From: an uncultured virus (IMG/VR IMGVR_UViG_3300020294_000003) | Lineage: Duplodnaviria; Heunggongvirae; Uroviricota; Caudoviricetes | Virus record (IMG/VR): IMGVR_UViG_3300020294_000003 | Length of the DNA: 64,000 nucleotides | Strand: one strand, 5' to 3' | Shown here: positions 39,030-48,445 of the stretch, piece by piece | Position numbering within the stretch: the stretch's first letter is position 1 | How the letters are laid out: each line of letters opens with the position of its first letter | Program-made: the position numbers and the translations under genes | The notes under the pieces: model-generated | The model's database searches: none | What the model was told of the DNA's origin: nothing | What the model saw: only the letters and a program-made list of their open reading frames with translations

Positions 39030-40747
39030 TAGAATGTACCTCCGTCAACCGTACTAACTTCAACATCACCTGAAGTTACCGTAAAATTATTTGAGTTAAA
39101 TTTTGCAACACCTTTGTTTGAGTTTGAAGCGTCTTCACCCTCAATTTTAATTGTGTTGTTATCAACAATAGTGTTAACTCCTTCACCTGCTAAAAATTCT
39201 AAATTTTCTTCTAAATAAACTCTTCCTGTTGTAGAAGTTTCATCTGTTAAAGTTATAAATGGATTTGCAAGTTTAGATGTTTGAATAGAACCACCTAACA
39301 TAGCATTTGTAATACCTAATGCCTTAACTCTTAATGCGTCTGTACTAACTTCAACTGAACTATCATCTACTGCAACATCTAATTGATTACCGTCTTTTGT
39401 TAAAGCGGCACCAGCAGTTATTTGACCTGCACCAGAGAATTGTGATACATCTAAATTAGTTGTTCCAAAAGTAGGAGCACCTGTATGTGTAAATGTATAA
39501 CCATTGTTAGCATTTAAAACACCTTCTTCAACGAATACGAAAGCACCACCTGATAATTCAGCAGGTTGATCTTCTGGAGTTGCTCTTGTTAATACCCAAT
39601 TTGTAGAAGCACTACCAACATTTGTAACCGTGTAAATACCGTTTTCACTTGCGTCTGTTTGATCTTTAACTAAAACTCTATCGTTTAAATTAGCAGCAGT
39701 TGAGTCAAGTGTTAATGTTGCCTGTGTGCCTGAATTAGTTAATGTTGCACCAACACCAGCAGTACCGTTATTATAAGTTGCTGATAAGTTAGCCGTTGTT
39801 GCAATTTTACAAGATGGTTTAGTATCTAAACCTTGTGCAACTTGGTCAACATACATTTTGTTTGCAAGTGAATTATCTGTAAATCCTGCTCTGTCTTCAT
39901 AACCTGATGGTACAACTACCGTACCTGTACCGTGAGGTGTTAAAGTAATATCTTTATTACCTGCTGTTGTAGTTATTGTTTGACCATTTAATGTAAGATC
40001 ATCTACAACTAAAGAAGTTAAACCTGAAATATCTGTTGTAGCAGCGGCACCTAAAGTAATTGTTTGACCACCTATTAATACTTGAGGATTTGCTATATTA
40101 GCATTTGTAATTCCAGCAGTACCAGATAAGTTAGCGTTTGTTAATGCTGTAGCAGTTACCGTTACCGTATTATCAGTAACCGTTTGTGTCATACCACCTG
40201 TACCTGCGAAAGTTAATGTTTCGGAAGTATTGTAAGTATCTGTTCCTGTATCACCTGCTAAATTAATAAATTGATTAACGGTTGTAAAATCTAAATTTCC
40301 TGATCCATCAGTTTTTAAGAACTGACCAGCAGTACCGTCACCATCAGGTAAAACAAAAGTTTGAGAAGCTGTTACTGCATTAGGAGATTTAATTCCTATG
40401 TAGTTAGTACCGTTATTAGTACCTTCGTTAAATCTAACTTCACCACCTGCTGTTAGTGAGTTACCTACGTTTAATGTATCTATTGCTAAGTTTGAATCTG
40501 CAATGATAGCTGAATTTCCTGTCAACGTACCTTGTACGTGATCTAACATATCTGTAAAATATTGACCTCCAATTACTGATACGTTATTTGCGTCACCGTT
40601 ACCGTCAACGCCACCTTCACCTATAAAGATTCTATCTCCTAGGTTGTTTTGTGCGCCTGTTCCATAAGTGTATGCTAATTCACCGAGTTTAAGTGTTCCT
40701 GGTGCTGAAGTTGCTGAACTTCTTTTAATCTGTATTACCGTTGCCAT
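39029..40747 (-). CDS. tail fibre protein
   Basis: IQIKRS...GELAY anchor, G/T-rich shaft, KMYVDQVAQGLD...RVLVKDQT...NGIY motif. Confidence 0.8.
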   Translation of the reverse strand: MATVIQIKRSSATSAPGTLKLGELAYTYGTGAQNNLGDRIFIGEGGVDGNGDANNVSVIGGQYFTDMLDHVQGTLTGNSAIIADSNLAIDTLNVGNSLTAGGEVRFNEGTNNGTNYIGIKSPNAVTASQTFVLPDGDGTAGQFLKTDGSGNLDFTTVNQFINLAGDTGTDTYNTSETLTFAGTGGMTQTVTDNTVTVTATALTNANLSGTAGITNANIANPQVLIGGQTITLGAAATTDISGLTSLVVDDLTLNGQTITTTAGNKDITLTPHGTGTVVVPSGYEDRAGFTDNSLANKMYVDQVAQGLDTKPSCKIATTANLSATYNNGTAGVGATLTNSGTQATLTLDSTAANLNDRVLVKDQTDASENGIYTVTNVGSASTNWVLTRATPEDQPAELSGGAFVFVEEGVLNANNGYTFTHTGAPTFGTTNLDVSQFSGAGQITAGAALTKDGNQLDVAVDDSSVEVSTDALRVKALGITNAMLGGSIQTSKLANPFITLTDETSTTGRVYLEENLEFLAGEGVNTIVDNNTIKIEGEDASNSNKGVAKFNSNNFTVTSGDVEVSTVDGGTF

Positions 40748-40757
40748 ATGTTACTCT

Positions 40758-41006
40758 CTAAAATGATCCGCCGTTAAAAGTTAAAGTACCAGTAGTGGTT
40801 ACAATTTCGTTTCTACTTACGAACTTACCATCACTAGCTCTGTATTGTAATAATGCACCATCATCTAAAGAAGTTACGTCAACGTCACCTAATAATTTTA
40901 AAGAAAGAGAACTATTTTGTAGTGAAGTACCTGAAGGCAGGGTTACTGAAACTTTTTTGGGTCCGCTTCCAGTAGAAGCATTAATTTTTGCTGTAATACT
41001 TGCCAT
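40758..41006 (-). CDS. small fibre-associated protein
   Basis: LGDVDVTSLDDGALLQY fibre repeat; ends GGSF like its neighbour (GGTF). Confidence 0.65.
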   Translation of the reverse strand: MASITAKINASTGSGPKKVSVTLPSGTSLQNSSLSLKLLGDVDVTSLDDGALLQYRASDGKFVSRNEIVTTTGTLTFNGGSF

Positions 41007-41025
41007 AAACCTCTCTCTTTTGTTA

Positions 41026-41033
41026 TATTTATA
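41026..41033 (-). promoter_or_regulatory. late promoter TATAAATA
   Basis: Exact consensus in the intergenic region. Confidence 0.75.
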
Positions 41034-41042
41034 ATACTTTTA

Positions 41043-41384
41043 TTATGTAGTTACGTTAGGTCTTACCGTGATTAAACCCTCAATTACTCTAGTTACCGTA
41101 CCTGTGGAAGTCTGTGTAATTTCTACATCATACACATATCTTTCTGCGTCTAAAGCAGCAGTTTGAGCAGCCGTCATTGACAGAGCAACTACTCCTGAAG
41201 TAGCGTCTGTGGCAATAACTGAAGTCAATGACGTTCTTGTTCTAGTTGACGCATAACCTTTTGCCATCTTCGCTTCTGTTGTATATCCAGTTAGATTAAA
41301 TGCGTTTCCGTTTGCGTCTTTTACGGTTACGTCTGAACTGAAATTAGCGCCTTGATCTATTATTAAATTAGCTATTGCTGCCAT
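41043..41384 (-). CDS. small virion protein (BppU/adaptor-like Ig fold)
   Basis: NLIIDQGANF...FNLTGYT...RYVYDVEI...RVIEG. Confidence 0.7.
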   Translation of the reverse strand: MAAIANLIIDQGANFSSDVTVKDANGNAFNLTGYTTEAKMAKGYASTRTRTSLTSVIATDATSGVVALSMTAAQTAALDAERYVYDVEITQTSTGTVTRVIEGLITVRPNVTT

Positions 41385-41592
41385 TGTCTTCTTTTATTGG
41401 TTGTACTTTCTCTTCCTTCATCAATTCTATAATTTTTTTGTTATAAAATTCAGTAAGAACTTCAATTTTTTCCAACTCAACATTGTGTCTGACTTTAGAA
41501 GCCTCAATCTCTTGTCTAGCAACGATTCTATTTCTTAATCCTATACTAAACTTCGTTTCATCATATACTTTACCATCTATTACTATTGACAT
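41368..41592 (-). CDS. hypothetical coiled-coil protein (74 aa)
   Basis: GAGGAG RBS; IVIDGKVYD N-terminus; late promoter at 41623-41630. Confidence 0.65.
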   Translation of the reverse strand: MSIVIDGKVYDETKFSIGLRNRIVARQEIEASKVRHNVELEKIEVLTEFYNKKIIELMKEEKVQPIKEDNGSNS

Positions 41593-41614
41593 TATATTCT
41601 CCTCGTGTTATAAT
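41586..41614 (+). promoter_or_regulatory. perfect sigma70 promoter TTGACA-17-TATAAT with extended -10, upstream of the enzyme island
   Basis: Plus strand TTGACA ttatattctcctcgtgt TATAAT. Confidence 0.75.
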
Positions 41615-41622
41615 ATATACTA

Positions 41623-41642
41623 TATTTATAACAGAATAAATA
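41623..41642. promoter_or_regulatory. back-to-back late promoters: TATAAATA (minus, 41623-41630) and AATAAATA (plus, 41635-41642)
   Basis: The plus-strand element sits 5 nt before ATG 41648. Confidence 0.65.
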
Positions 41643-41647
41643 AGGAT

Positions 41648-42433
41648 ATGATAAATGAAGTGAAATCTTACTTTAAAAAAGTAGATGAAAAACAAGAAGA
41701 TTTTGGTTGGAATGAATATACTTTAGAAGAATTAGGTCTTCCTACAGCAGACAAGATACTAGAAGGTGTTAAAAAAATAGAAAGTATAGTAGGTCTTACA
41801 AGTTGGAGAACTAAACATCAAACTCATCAAAAATACAAAGGTTTTGGGTTAACTTACAACCCTACATTTTTTGATAAATCTGAAAGTAGATATAGTCAAG
41901 TATGGGGATCGCCATTGTTAGATCAATACTATGGTTTAGAAAAAGGCAAAGGAGATCATACACAATTAAAAGATACTTATTATGATACATTTGGTTTTAG
42001 AAAGATAGATGAAACAATACAAGAACATCTAGGATTTTTTTTAGATAGATTTAATTTTCATATATCTAGGAGTAGAGTTGCATATATTTTTGGATATGGA
42101 GAAGGACCTAACGATAAAGGTTGGCACGTTGATGAACCTACTTGTCAATTATTAAGAGTTAACATACCTTTACAAACTAGTGATGAATATGCTATAGAAT
42201 GGAAAGATAAAATATATCAATTAGAAATAGGTAAAGCATATTTGTGGAATACAAAACAACCACATAGACCTACTATGATAAAACAAGTAGAAACAAAAGA
42301 ACCTAGAATTAATGTTGTTATGGGATTAACACCTTGGTTAGATTATGATAAAGAAACAGATAAGTATAAACCCAATAAATATTTTGGCAAACCTATTAAA
42401 GAAATTGTTAGTGAGAAATTATTTGTAAAATGA
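41648..42433 (+). CDS. AspH-like 2OG-Fe(II) oxygenase (start moved to MINEVKSY)
   Basis: WHVD...RVNIPLQT...GKAYLWNTKQPHR facial triad. Confidence 0.75.
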   Translation: MINEVKSYFKKVDEKQEDFGWNEYTLEELGLPTADKILEGVKKIESIVGLTSWRTKHQTHQKYKGFGLTYNPTFFDKSESRYSQVWGSPLLDQYYGLEKGKGDHTQLKDTYYDTFGFRKIDETIQEHLGFFLDRFNFHISRSRVAYIFGYGEGPNDKGWHVDEPTCQLLRVNIPLQTSDEYAIEWKDKIYQLEIGKAYLWNTKQPHRPTMIKQVETKEPRINVVMGLTPWLDYDKETDKYKPNKYFGKPIKEIVSEKLFVK

Positions 42434-43134
42434 ATATAACAAGAGAAAAAGTATTTACTAATTTAGTTTGCGTAGAAAAAATAGGACAAGTATCACCTGA
42501 AGAACAATTAAAGTTAGCAGAAACTATTGGTGAAGTAGAAAAACCTGACTTAACAGATTCTACTCATTTAGAATTATTTAATAAATGGGGCGGTATTCCT
42601 GGTGTAGTAAAAGTTACTGAAGGTGGATTGTTTGGACATAAAGAAAAATTAGATTGGCACGCTAACAAACCTAGTGAAGTTAATAGATGTTCAATAATTT
42701 GGATATATGCTGTAAAAGGAAGTAAAGGTAGTGTTACAAGTTGGATTGATAATAGAAAAGCATATGAGGATTTACCAGATGATATAAAATTACGTTGTCA
42801 TAATATAAAATTTACTTGTGGTTTTAAAAAAGGTGGTTATACAGATGATCCTACATTTAGAGAACATCATAATAAAGATAATGTTCATAAGTTAGTTTAT
42901 ATAAATGAGTATGGACAAAAAGGATTATACTTTCCTTTTTTACAAATAATTGAAGGTATACCAGATGATTTGTTTAATTATTTAAAGAATCATATTCTAC
43001 AAGATAAGTATAGATACGATCATCATTGGGAAGATGGTGATTTAGTTGTAAGTGAACAATGGTTGACAATACATAAAAGACACGCCTTTGATAAAATGAA
43101 TGAAAGATTAATGAATAGAATTGCTATAAGATGA
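42430..43134 (+). CDS. TauD/TfdA-family dioxygenase (HxN variant)
   Basis: LDWHAN, AYEDLP, HHWEDGDLVV...IHKR...RLMNR. Confidence 0.8.
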   Translation: MNITREKVFTNLVCVEKIGQVSPEEQLKLAETIGEVEKPDLTDSTHLELFNKWGGIPGVVKVTEGGLFGHKEKLDWHANKPSEVNRCSIIWIYAVKGSKGSVTSWIDNRKAYEDLPDDIKLRCHNIKFTCGFKKGGYTDDPTFREHHNKDNVHKLVYINEYGQKGLYFPFLQIIEGIPDDLFNYLKNHILQDKYRYDHHWEDGDLVVSEQWLTIHKRHAFDKMNERLMNRIAIR

Positions 43135-44033
43135 TACCTGAAAAAAATACATTTCACAGCATATCAATACAAACAACATATCAATGTAATATGGCGTGTG
43201 CTAATTGTTATCTAGGAGATATGTTAAATAATCCTAAATTTCCTGATGTAGATATGATTAAATTTGAACAGGCAATTAGTAAACTACCTAAGCGTTGTGA
43301 TATTCGTTTTATAGGTGCTGAACCTACTATGAATGATAAACTTTTTGACCTAATAAAGATTGCAAGAAAGTATAAACATAAACCATCATTACTTACTAAT
43401 GGTCTTAAATTATTCCAAGAACAATATGTTATCAATCTTAAAAAATCAGGATTAAATTTTCTAGGTTTAAGTATGAATGGTGGATTAGATGATGAAGTAT
43501 ATAAAAGATTTGATAACGGAAAATTTGCAACTGCAAAAAAGAAAGCATTAGAAAATTGTATCAAACATAAAATAGTACCACATATTAACGTAATAGTTGA
43601 TCCTACTAATATACATATACTGAAACCACTATTAGATTATGTTATAATGTTATGTAAAAAATATGATAGAAAACCTGGCAAATCTTTTCCTATTATGATG
43701 AGAATAAAATCAGTAGGTAAAATGGGAAACTATTTAGACACTTATACATATAATATAAACGAATTGATAGATATTGCAAAAGAAAACTTTGGAGATTTTG
43801 AACCTATATTTGAAGTACAAGGTTATAAAGAAGAGCACACTTGTGTTTTCAGTTTTAATACTGAAATAGGAACTATGTATGGTAAAGCAACAGACTGGTC
43901 AATAGATGATGATGGTTTACCAGATAGTGGAAGTAAAAGAAGAGGTATTTTAACAGACGATTATAATATTGAACCGTTTTTTGAATACTATGGAGAAATA
44001 GATGAAACATCAACGCCTAGACTGGAACAATAG
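43131..44033 (+). CDS. radical SAM protein (MoaA/PqqE-like core)
   Basis: CNMACANC (CxxxCxxC), GAEPT, LTNG. Confidence 0.85.
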   Translation: MIPEKNTFHSISIQTTYQCNMACANCYLGDMLNNPKFPDVDMIKFEQAISKLPKRCDIRFIGAEPTMNDKLFDLIKIARKYKHKPSLLTNGLKLFQEQYVINLKKSGLNFLGLSMNGGLDDEVYKRFDNGKFATAKKKALENCIKHKIVPHINVIVDPTNIHILKPLLDYVIMLCKKYDRKPGKSFPIMMRIKSVGKMGNYLDTYTYNINELIDIAKENFGDFEPIFEVQGYKEEHTCVFSFNTEIGTMYGKATDWSIDDDGLPDSGSKRRGILTDDYNIEPFFEYYGEIDETSTPRLEQ

Positions 44034-44727
44034 AACCGTTTTTGACTTACTACAAAATGATGTAGACCTAACGGTTATAGAAAATACACCTGGTAGTCAA
44101 GTTGAAATATGGAACTTTTTAGAAACATTTTTTAAACCTGCACCACAAGATCCGTTTGACCAAATGTTTGTTAATATAGTTAGTGATGAAAGAGCATTAG
44201 CAAAAGAAAATCTAAAAGGTAATACAGAATTAGAGTGGCATATTGATAAAGGTTATTCTGAACACCCACCTGAATATGTTGCGTTATATTCTGTTGATAT
44301 AGATGAAGGCGCAGGAGATACATTATTTGTAGATAGTAGAATACTTGAAGATATACCTGATTATTATAGAGATCATAAAAATGATATAGTACAATTTGAT
44401 ATGAATAGATTTATACACGACAATGAGTATGGATATCATTTTAGAAGTGAAGCAGAAAGAAGATGGTTTAGAAGAAAGTATAGAAATGTAGAACACGAAT
44501 TAGTACAAGGCGATAGTAGAGGTGTGTATCTATATTATTGCGAAGCATATAATGATTTGCCTGAAATGAATATGATAAAGAAAAAACTTTATGATCCAAA
44601 AAGAATACACAGACACAAATGGAAAAAAGGTGAACTTGTAATCTACAATAACAAAGCGACTAATCACAAAAGAGAAAACGGTGGTAAGAAAAGACATTTA
44701 TGGAAAATTGCGTTATACAAGAGATAA
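44002..44727 (+). CDS. TauD/TfdA-family dioxygenase
   Basis: WHID, GDTLFVD, HKWKKGELVIYNN...HKR...RHLW. Confidence 0.85.
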   Translation: MKHQRLDWNNRTVFDLLQNDVDLTVIENTPGSQVEIWNFLETFFKPAPQDPFDQMFVNIVSDERALAKENLKGNTELEWHIDKGYSEHPPEYVALYSVDIDEGAGDTLFVDSRILEDIPDYYRDHKNDIVQFDMNRFIHDNEYGYHFRSEAERRWFRRKYRNVEHELVQGDSRGVYLYYCEAYNDLPEMNMIKKKLYDPKRIHRHKWKKGELVIYNNKATNHKRENGGKKRHLWKIALYKR

Positions 44728-45251
44728 CATACATTGATGAGTTTTTAAGTTTGTGTGAGATAGCGTCTAAATCAAAACACCCTAACGCTAAAAATTATAA
44801 TGTAGAACAAATGAAAAAGCGTTGGAACAAATATCTAATAATTACAAAGTTAACTAAAGGTGATGAAGTAATTGCTTTTTCTGGTGTGTATGATTATGGA
44901 AACAATTTAGTTAGAGTTGTAGATAGATTATATATTGAACAAAAATATAGATATAACTTTATGACAAAATCTATTGCAAATCCTATAAAACCAGCACTAC
45001 AATATTTTATACCTTATCAAACTCAATGGGCAACAGATAAAGGTTATGATTGTTTTTTCTCTATACAAACTAAAAGAAAAAGAAATGCTATGGAAAGATT
45101 AACAAGACAATTACATCCATCTTTAGGATATCGTTTATTGCCTGATCTGTATGAAACTTGCGATCCGAAAAATCCTCTATGTATTCAAAATATATCTGCT
45201 ACCAGAGATGATATACCTTTACCTATTCACTCTCTAAAGAATATGAAATAG
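44700..45251 (+). CDS. putative GNAT-fold protein
   Basis: VIAFSGV...RVVDRLYIEQKYR resembles GNAT motif A. Confidence 0.5.
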   Translation: MENCVIQEITYIDEFLSLCEIASKSKHPNAKNYNVEQMKKRWNKYLIITKLTKGDEVIAFSGVYDYGNNLVRVVDRLYIEQKYRYNFMTKSIANPIKPALQYFIPYQTQWATDKGYDCFFSIQTKRKRNAMERLTRQLHPSLGYRLLPDLYETCDPKNPLCIQNISATRDDIPLPIHSLKNMK

Positions 45252-45510
45252 AATTGTCAGAGCAATGGGATTCTCTAGTCCTAGAATTAGTTTTTGAAAC
45301 TTCTTCTTTTACAAAATCATTAAACTCATCTTCATTATTAAAAGTTGTTGTCCAAGTAGTGGTTAATCCATCTTCAGATTTTGTAGGTTTTTCTGTAATC
45401 TTTCCAGAACTAAAATAATTATCAATTAAATCAGTATATTCAGACGCTGGTGTATGTAAAGATACCTCAGCATTTGGTCTCGTATATATTACTTTTGCTA
45501 TATAACTCAT
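45223..45510 (-). CDS. small acidic S/T-rich protein (95 aa; start moved to MSYIAKV)
   Basis: Has its own TATAAATA 5 nt upstream; converges on the oxygenase operon. Confidence 0.7.
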   Translation of the reverse strand: MSYIAKVIYTRPNAEVSLHTPASEYTDLIDNYFSSGKITEKPTKSEDGLTTTWTTTFNNEDEFNDFVKEEVSKTNSRTRESHCSDNSISYSLESE

Positions 45511-45515
45511 ATAGT

Positions 45516-45536
45516 TATTTATAACACTAATAAATA
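45516..45536. promoter_or_regulatory. back-to-back late promoters: TATAAATA (minus, 45516-45523) and AATAAATA (plus, 45529-45536)
   Basis: Same arrangement as 41623-41642. Confidence 0.65.
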
Positions 45537-45547
45537 GTGTCATAGCA

Positions 45548-45576
45548 TTGATTTAATATGGAAAATATGATATAAT
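45548..45576 (+). promoter_or_regulatory. sigma70 promoter TTGATT-17-TATAAT with extended -10, 5 nt before ATG 45582
   Basis: Plus strand TTGATT taatatggaaaatatga TATAAT aatgt ATG. Confidence 0.7.
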
Positions 45577-45581
45577 AATGT

Positions 45582-46451
45582 ATGATTAATATAGTATGTA
45601 CGAGCAAACCTGGTGATGGTTTATTGAGATATAGTTATGAGCATAATTGCGCTCTAAATTCTCTAGGTATCAAAACACAATTAGTTATTATACCTAATCC
45701 TAAACACACTAAAGAAGAATATATCAAGTCAATCAGAAATCAGTATAAGAATTATAAAAATGTTGTCTTTGATTGTACACCTAATAGTGAAGATATAACT
45801 TTAGTATTAGGTAGAAGTATGATAACTTTAGCATACAAAGATATAAAGAATTATACTACGGATGAAAAGTTATCTTTACATCTATTATTTAATAATAAAA
45901 TTATAGCAGTATATTCAGAAAATCATCCAAAAGAATATCCTCTTGCATTAGAATATTTTAAACCAAATAAAGTATTTGACTTATGCGACTTTGATGTTTA
46001 TCCTAACGGTGAAGGTATACAATATGAAAAAATAATTAACTTTGATTTATATAAACCTGTTAAAAATGAAATACAATATAAACATCTATTTTTAGGTACG
46101 AATGAAATATATTATAAAGAAATAGAAAAACACATACACAAGTATCCAGATCACGGTATTGTAACTTATAATGAAAAGTGGATTAATCCTAAATTAAATA
46201 ATCTATTTGCACCTGTTGAAAATATACTAGGTAAATTTGAAACATATGTATATACAAAACCTAATTTTGATCCTGCACCTAGATTGTTTTTAGAGTTTAA
46301 ATGGTTAGGTAAAAATGTAAATTACGTAAGAAGTAAAGATATTAAAGATGGTGGTATGGTATATTGGAATAGACCTATGCCCACAAATGAGATTTATAAA
46401 AAGAACATAAGTATATTAGTAAAATTATATGAAAAAAATATTATTAGTTAG
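45582..46451 (+). CDS. hypothetical protein, possibly GT-B-like
   Basis: First gene of the second operon; FDPAPRLFLE weakly resembles a GT-B C-terminal motif. Confidence 0.45.
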   Translation: MINIVCTSKPGDGLLRYSYEHNCALNSLGIKTQLVIIPNPKHTKEEYIKSIRNQYKNYKNVVFDCTPNSEDITLVLGRSMITLAYKDIKNYTTDEKLSLHLLFNNKIIAVYSENHPKEYPLALEYFKPNKVFDLCDFDVYPNGEGIQYEKIINFDLYKPVKNEIQYKHLFLGTNEIYYKEIEKHIHKYPDHGIVTYNEKWINPKLNNLFAPVENILGKFETYVYTKPNFDPAPRLFLEFKWLGKNVNYVRSKDIKDGGMVYWNRPMPTNEIYKKNISILVKLYEKNIIS

Positions 46452-47184
46452 TGGTTGTAGCAATACAGAAAAAGATTTTTATAGCGATGTACATCCAGAT
46501 TTAGATTGTACTTGGCCAAAATGGCCAGAGATTTTAGCAAAGAAACTAGATATGGAACCTGTTAATCTTGCTAAATCTGGAATGGGTAACGAATATATTT
46601 ACACAACTTTATTAAGATATATTACAAGAACTAATAAAGATAAAATTGGTCTAGTCATACCTGCGTGGACACAAAATCAAAGAAAAGATTATCAAGTTAA
46701 AGGTTATTGGCAAAATCAAAGAGTTGATCCAGACGGAGATGTGTTTAGTTGGATGAGAAGAACATTAGATAACTATTTAAGTTTTCAAATATTATGTGAA
46801 AGATATAACATACCATATATGCAAGTACAAATGTTATCTCCTTATATTGATTGGTTGAATGGTTTAAGACCGAGAGATAATGATTCTAAATATCCTCCAG
46901 ATTTTAGATACACATATCCTGGTGATGAAGAAGAAGATAATTTAAAAATTATTAAGATGATTGATGAATACGAAGATTTAATAAATCAAAAAAAATTTTT
47001 AGGTTGGCCATTATCACACGAATATGGAGGTTATAGTCTTCAAAAAAGATTAATAGGCATAAGATCAAAACATACAGGAGTTTATCCTTATAATAATTTA
47101 GATACAATGATTTCTAATTTAGATCATCATCCGAATAAAAAAGGACAAGAAATAATAGCGGAGTTTATATATGAACGGTTATAA
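46429..47184 (+). CDS. SGNH-hydrolase-fold protein (esterase/acyltransferase-like)
   Basis: GCSNT, NLAKSGMGN, DHHPN blocks. Confidence 0.7.
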   Translation: MKKILLVSGCSNTEKDFYSDVHPDLDCTWPKWPEILAKKLDMEPVNLAKSGMGNEYIYTTLLRYITRTNKDKIGLVIPAWTQNQRKDYQVKGYWQNQRVDPDGDVFSWMRRTLDNYLSFQILCERYNIPYMQVQMLSPYIDWLNGLRPRDNDSKYPPDFRYTYPGDEEEDNLKIIKMIDEYEDLINQKKFLGWPLSHEYGGYSLQKRLIGIRSKHTGVYPYNNLDTMISNLDHHPNKKGQEIIAEFIYERL

Positions 47185-48445
47185 AAAAGAATACTTAACA
47201 AACAAACAAGAATATCTAAAACTCTTTGATGATGTTATGCAACAAGATCAGGAACAAAATGTAGAGTTTTTAGAAAAATCTCTTACAGATATTACAGGTA
47301 GAAAATATGCTGTTGCGTGTAGTAATGGAACAGACGCTTTACACTTTGCTTTGATAAGTTTAAATCTTAAATCAGATGATGAAGTATTAACATCTAACTT
47401 CTCTTGGATATCAACTGCGTCTTGTATATCTATGGCAGGTGCAACACCTGTATTCTGTGATATTAATATATTAAACTATCATATGTCTTTAGATAGTATT
47501 AAAAGAATGTACTCGGATAAAACAAAAGCAATTGTTTATCCTCATCTATTCGGCAATATGTCAGATACAAAAGAGATAATAGATTTTTGTAAAGAAAAGA
47601 ATATTGCATTTATAGAAGACGCTGCTCAATCGTTAGGGTCTAGTTTAAATGAAGTTAAGGCAGGATCAATAGGAGATATTAGTACATTAAGTTTCAATGC
47701 AAATAAAGTAGTTGCTGGTATAGCAGGTGGTGGGGCAATCTTAACAGATGATAAAGATAAGGCAGAATTATTTAAGAAGTTAAGAAGACACGGAAACAAT
47801 GAAGTATTAGGATATAACTCAAAGATGTTATTACTTAATGCTAAATTTATTAATTTTAGATTACAAAGAATGAAACAATGGCAATCTAAAAGACAAGCAA
47901 TAGCAAAACAATATGATAAACAATTACAAGAATATGTAACTATACAACCTACAACAAATGGTCTTAACCATAACTATCACAAATATGTTATTAGATTACA
48001 AAATAAAGAAGTAAGAGATAGATTAAAAGAAAAACTTAATGCAAAAGTACATTATGATAAACCATTGTCTGAAAATATTATGTATAAAAATATAGAACAT
48101 AAAAAAGATAGTACATTTATTAGTAAGATAGTTTGCGATAGTATATTGACATTACCTATACACGCATATATGAGTCAACAAGAAGTAGATAAAGTTATTA
48201 ATACTATTCTTATTTTTTTAGACCAAGAAGATAATAAGTTTGTAGATAGTATGAAAAAATTAATAGGTGATGACATATTTGATAGTAGTTTAGTCAACGA
48301 AACTACTGAAGATATTTACGATTATATAATAGAGAAAACTTATCAAACACCAGGATATATTGAAGATGTTTCTTTTAAAGATAAAAGAAAATTAAAGATT
48401 GCGTTTAACAAATTTTATGAAAACATTACAAGAAATACAAGATAA
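47171..48445 (+). CDS. DegT/DnrJ/EryC1/StrS sugar aminotransferase
   Basis: SNGTDAL, EDAAQSLG, SFNANK (PLP lysine), LTLPIH. Confidence 0.92.
   Translation: MNGYKKEYLTNKQEYLKLFDDVMQQDQEQNVEFLEKSLTDITGRKYAVACSNGTDALHFALISLNLKSDDEVLTSNFSWISTASCISMAGATPVFCDINILNYHMSLDSIKRMYSDKTKAIVYPHLFGNMSDTKEIIDFCKEKNIAFIEDAAQSLGSSLNEVKAGSIGDISTLSFNANKVVAGIAGGGAILTDDKDKAELFKKLRRHGNNEVLGYNSKMLLLNAKFINFRLQRMKQWQSKRQAIAKQYDKQLQEYVTIQPTTNGLNHNYHKYVIRLQNKEVRDRLKEKLNAKVHYDKPLSENIMYKNIEHKKDSTFISKIVCDSILTLPIHAYMSQQEVDKVINTILIFLDQEDNKFVDSMKKLIGDDIFDSSLVNETTEDIYDYIIEKTYQTPGYIEDVSFKDKRKLKIAFNKFYENITRNTR

Noticed and set aside
38649..40747. Mtd-like N-termini suggesting a diversity-generating retroelement
   Set aside because: No reverse transcriptase and no template/variable repeat pair seen in the window; the anchor domain is common in ordinary fibres.
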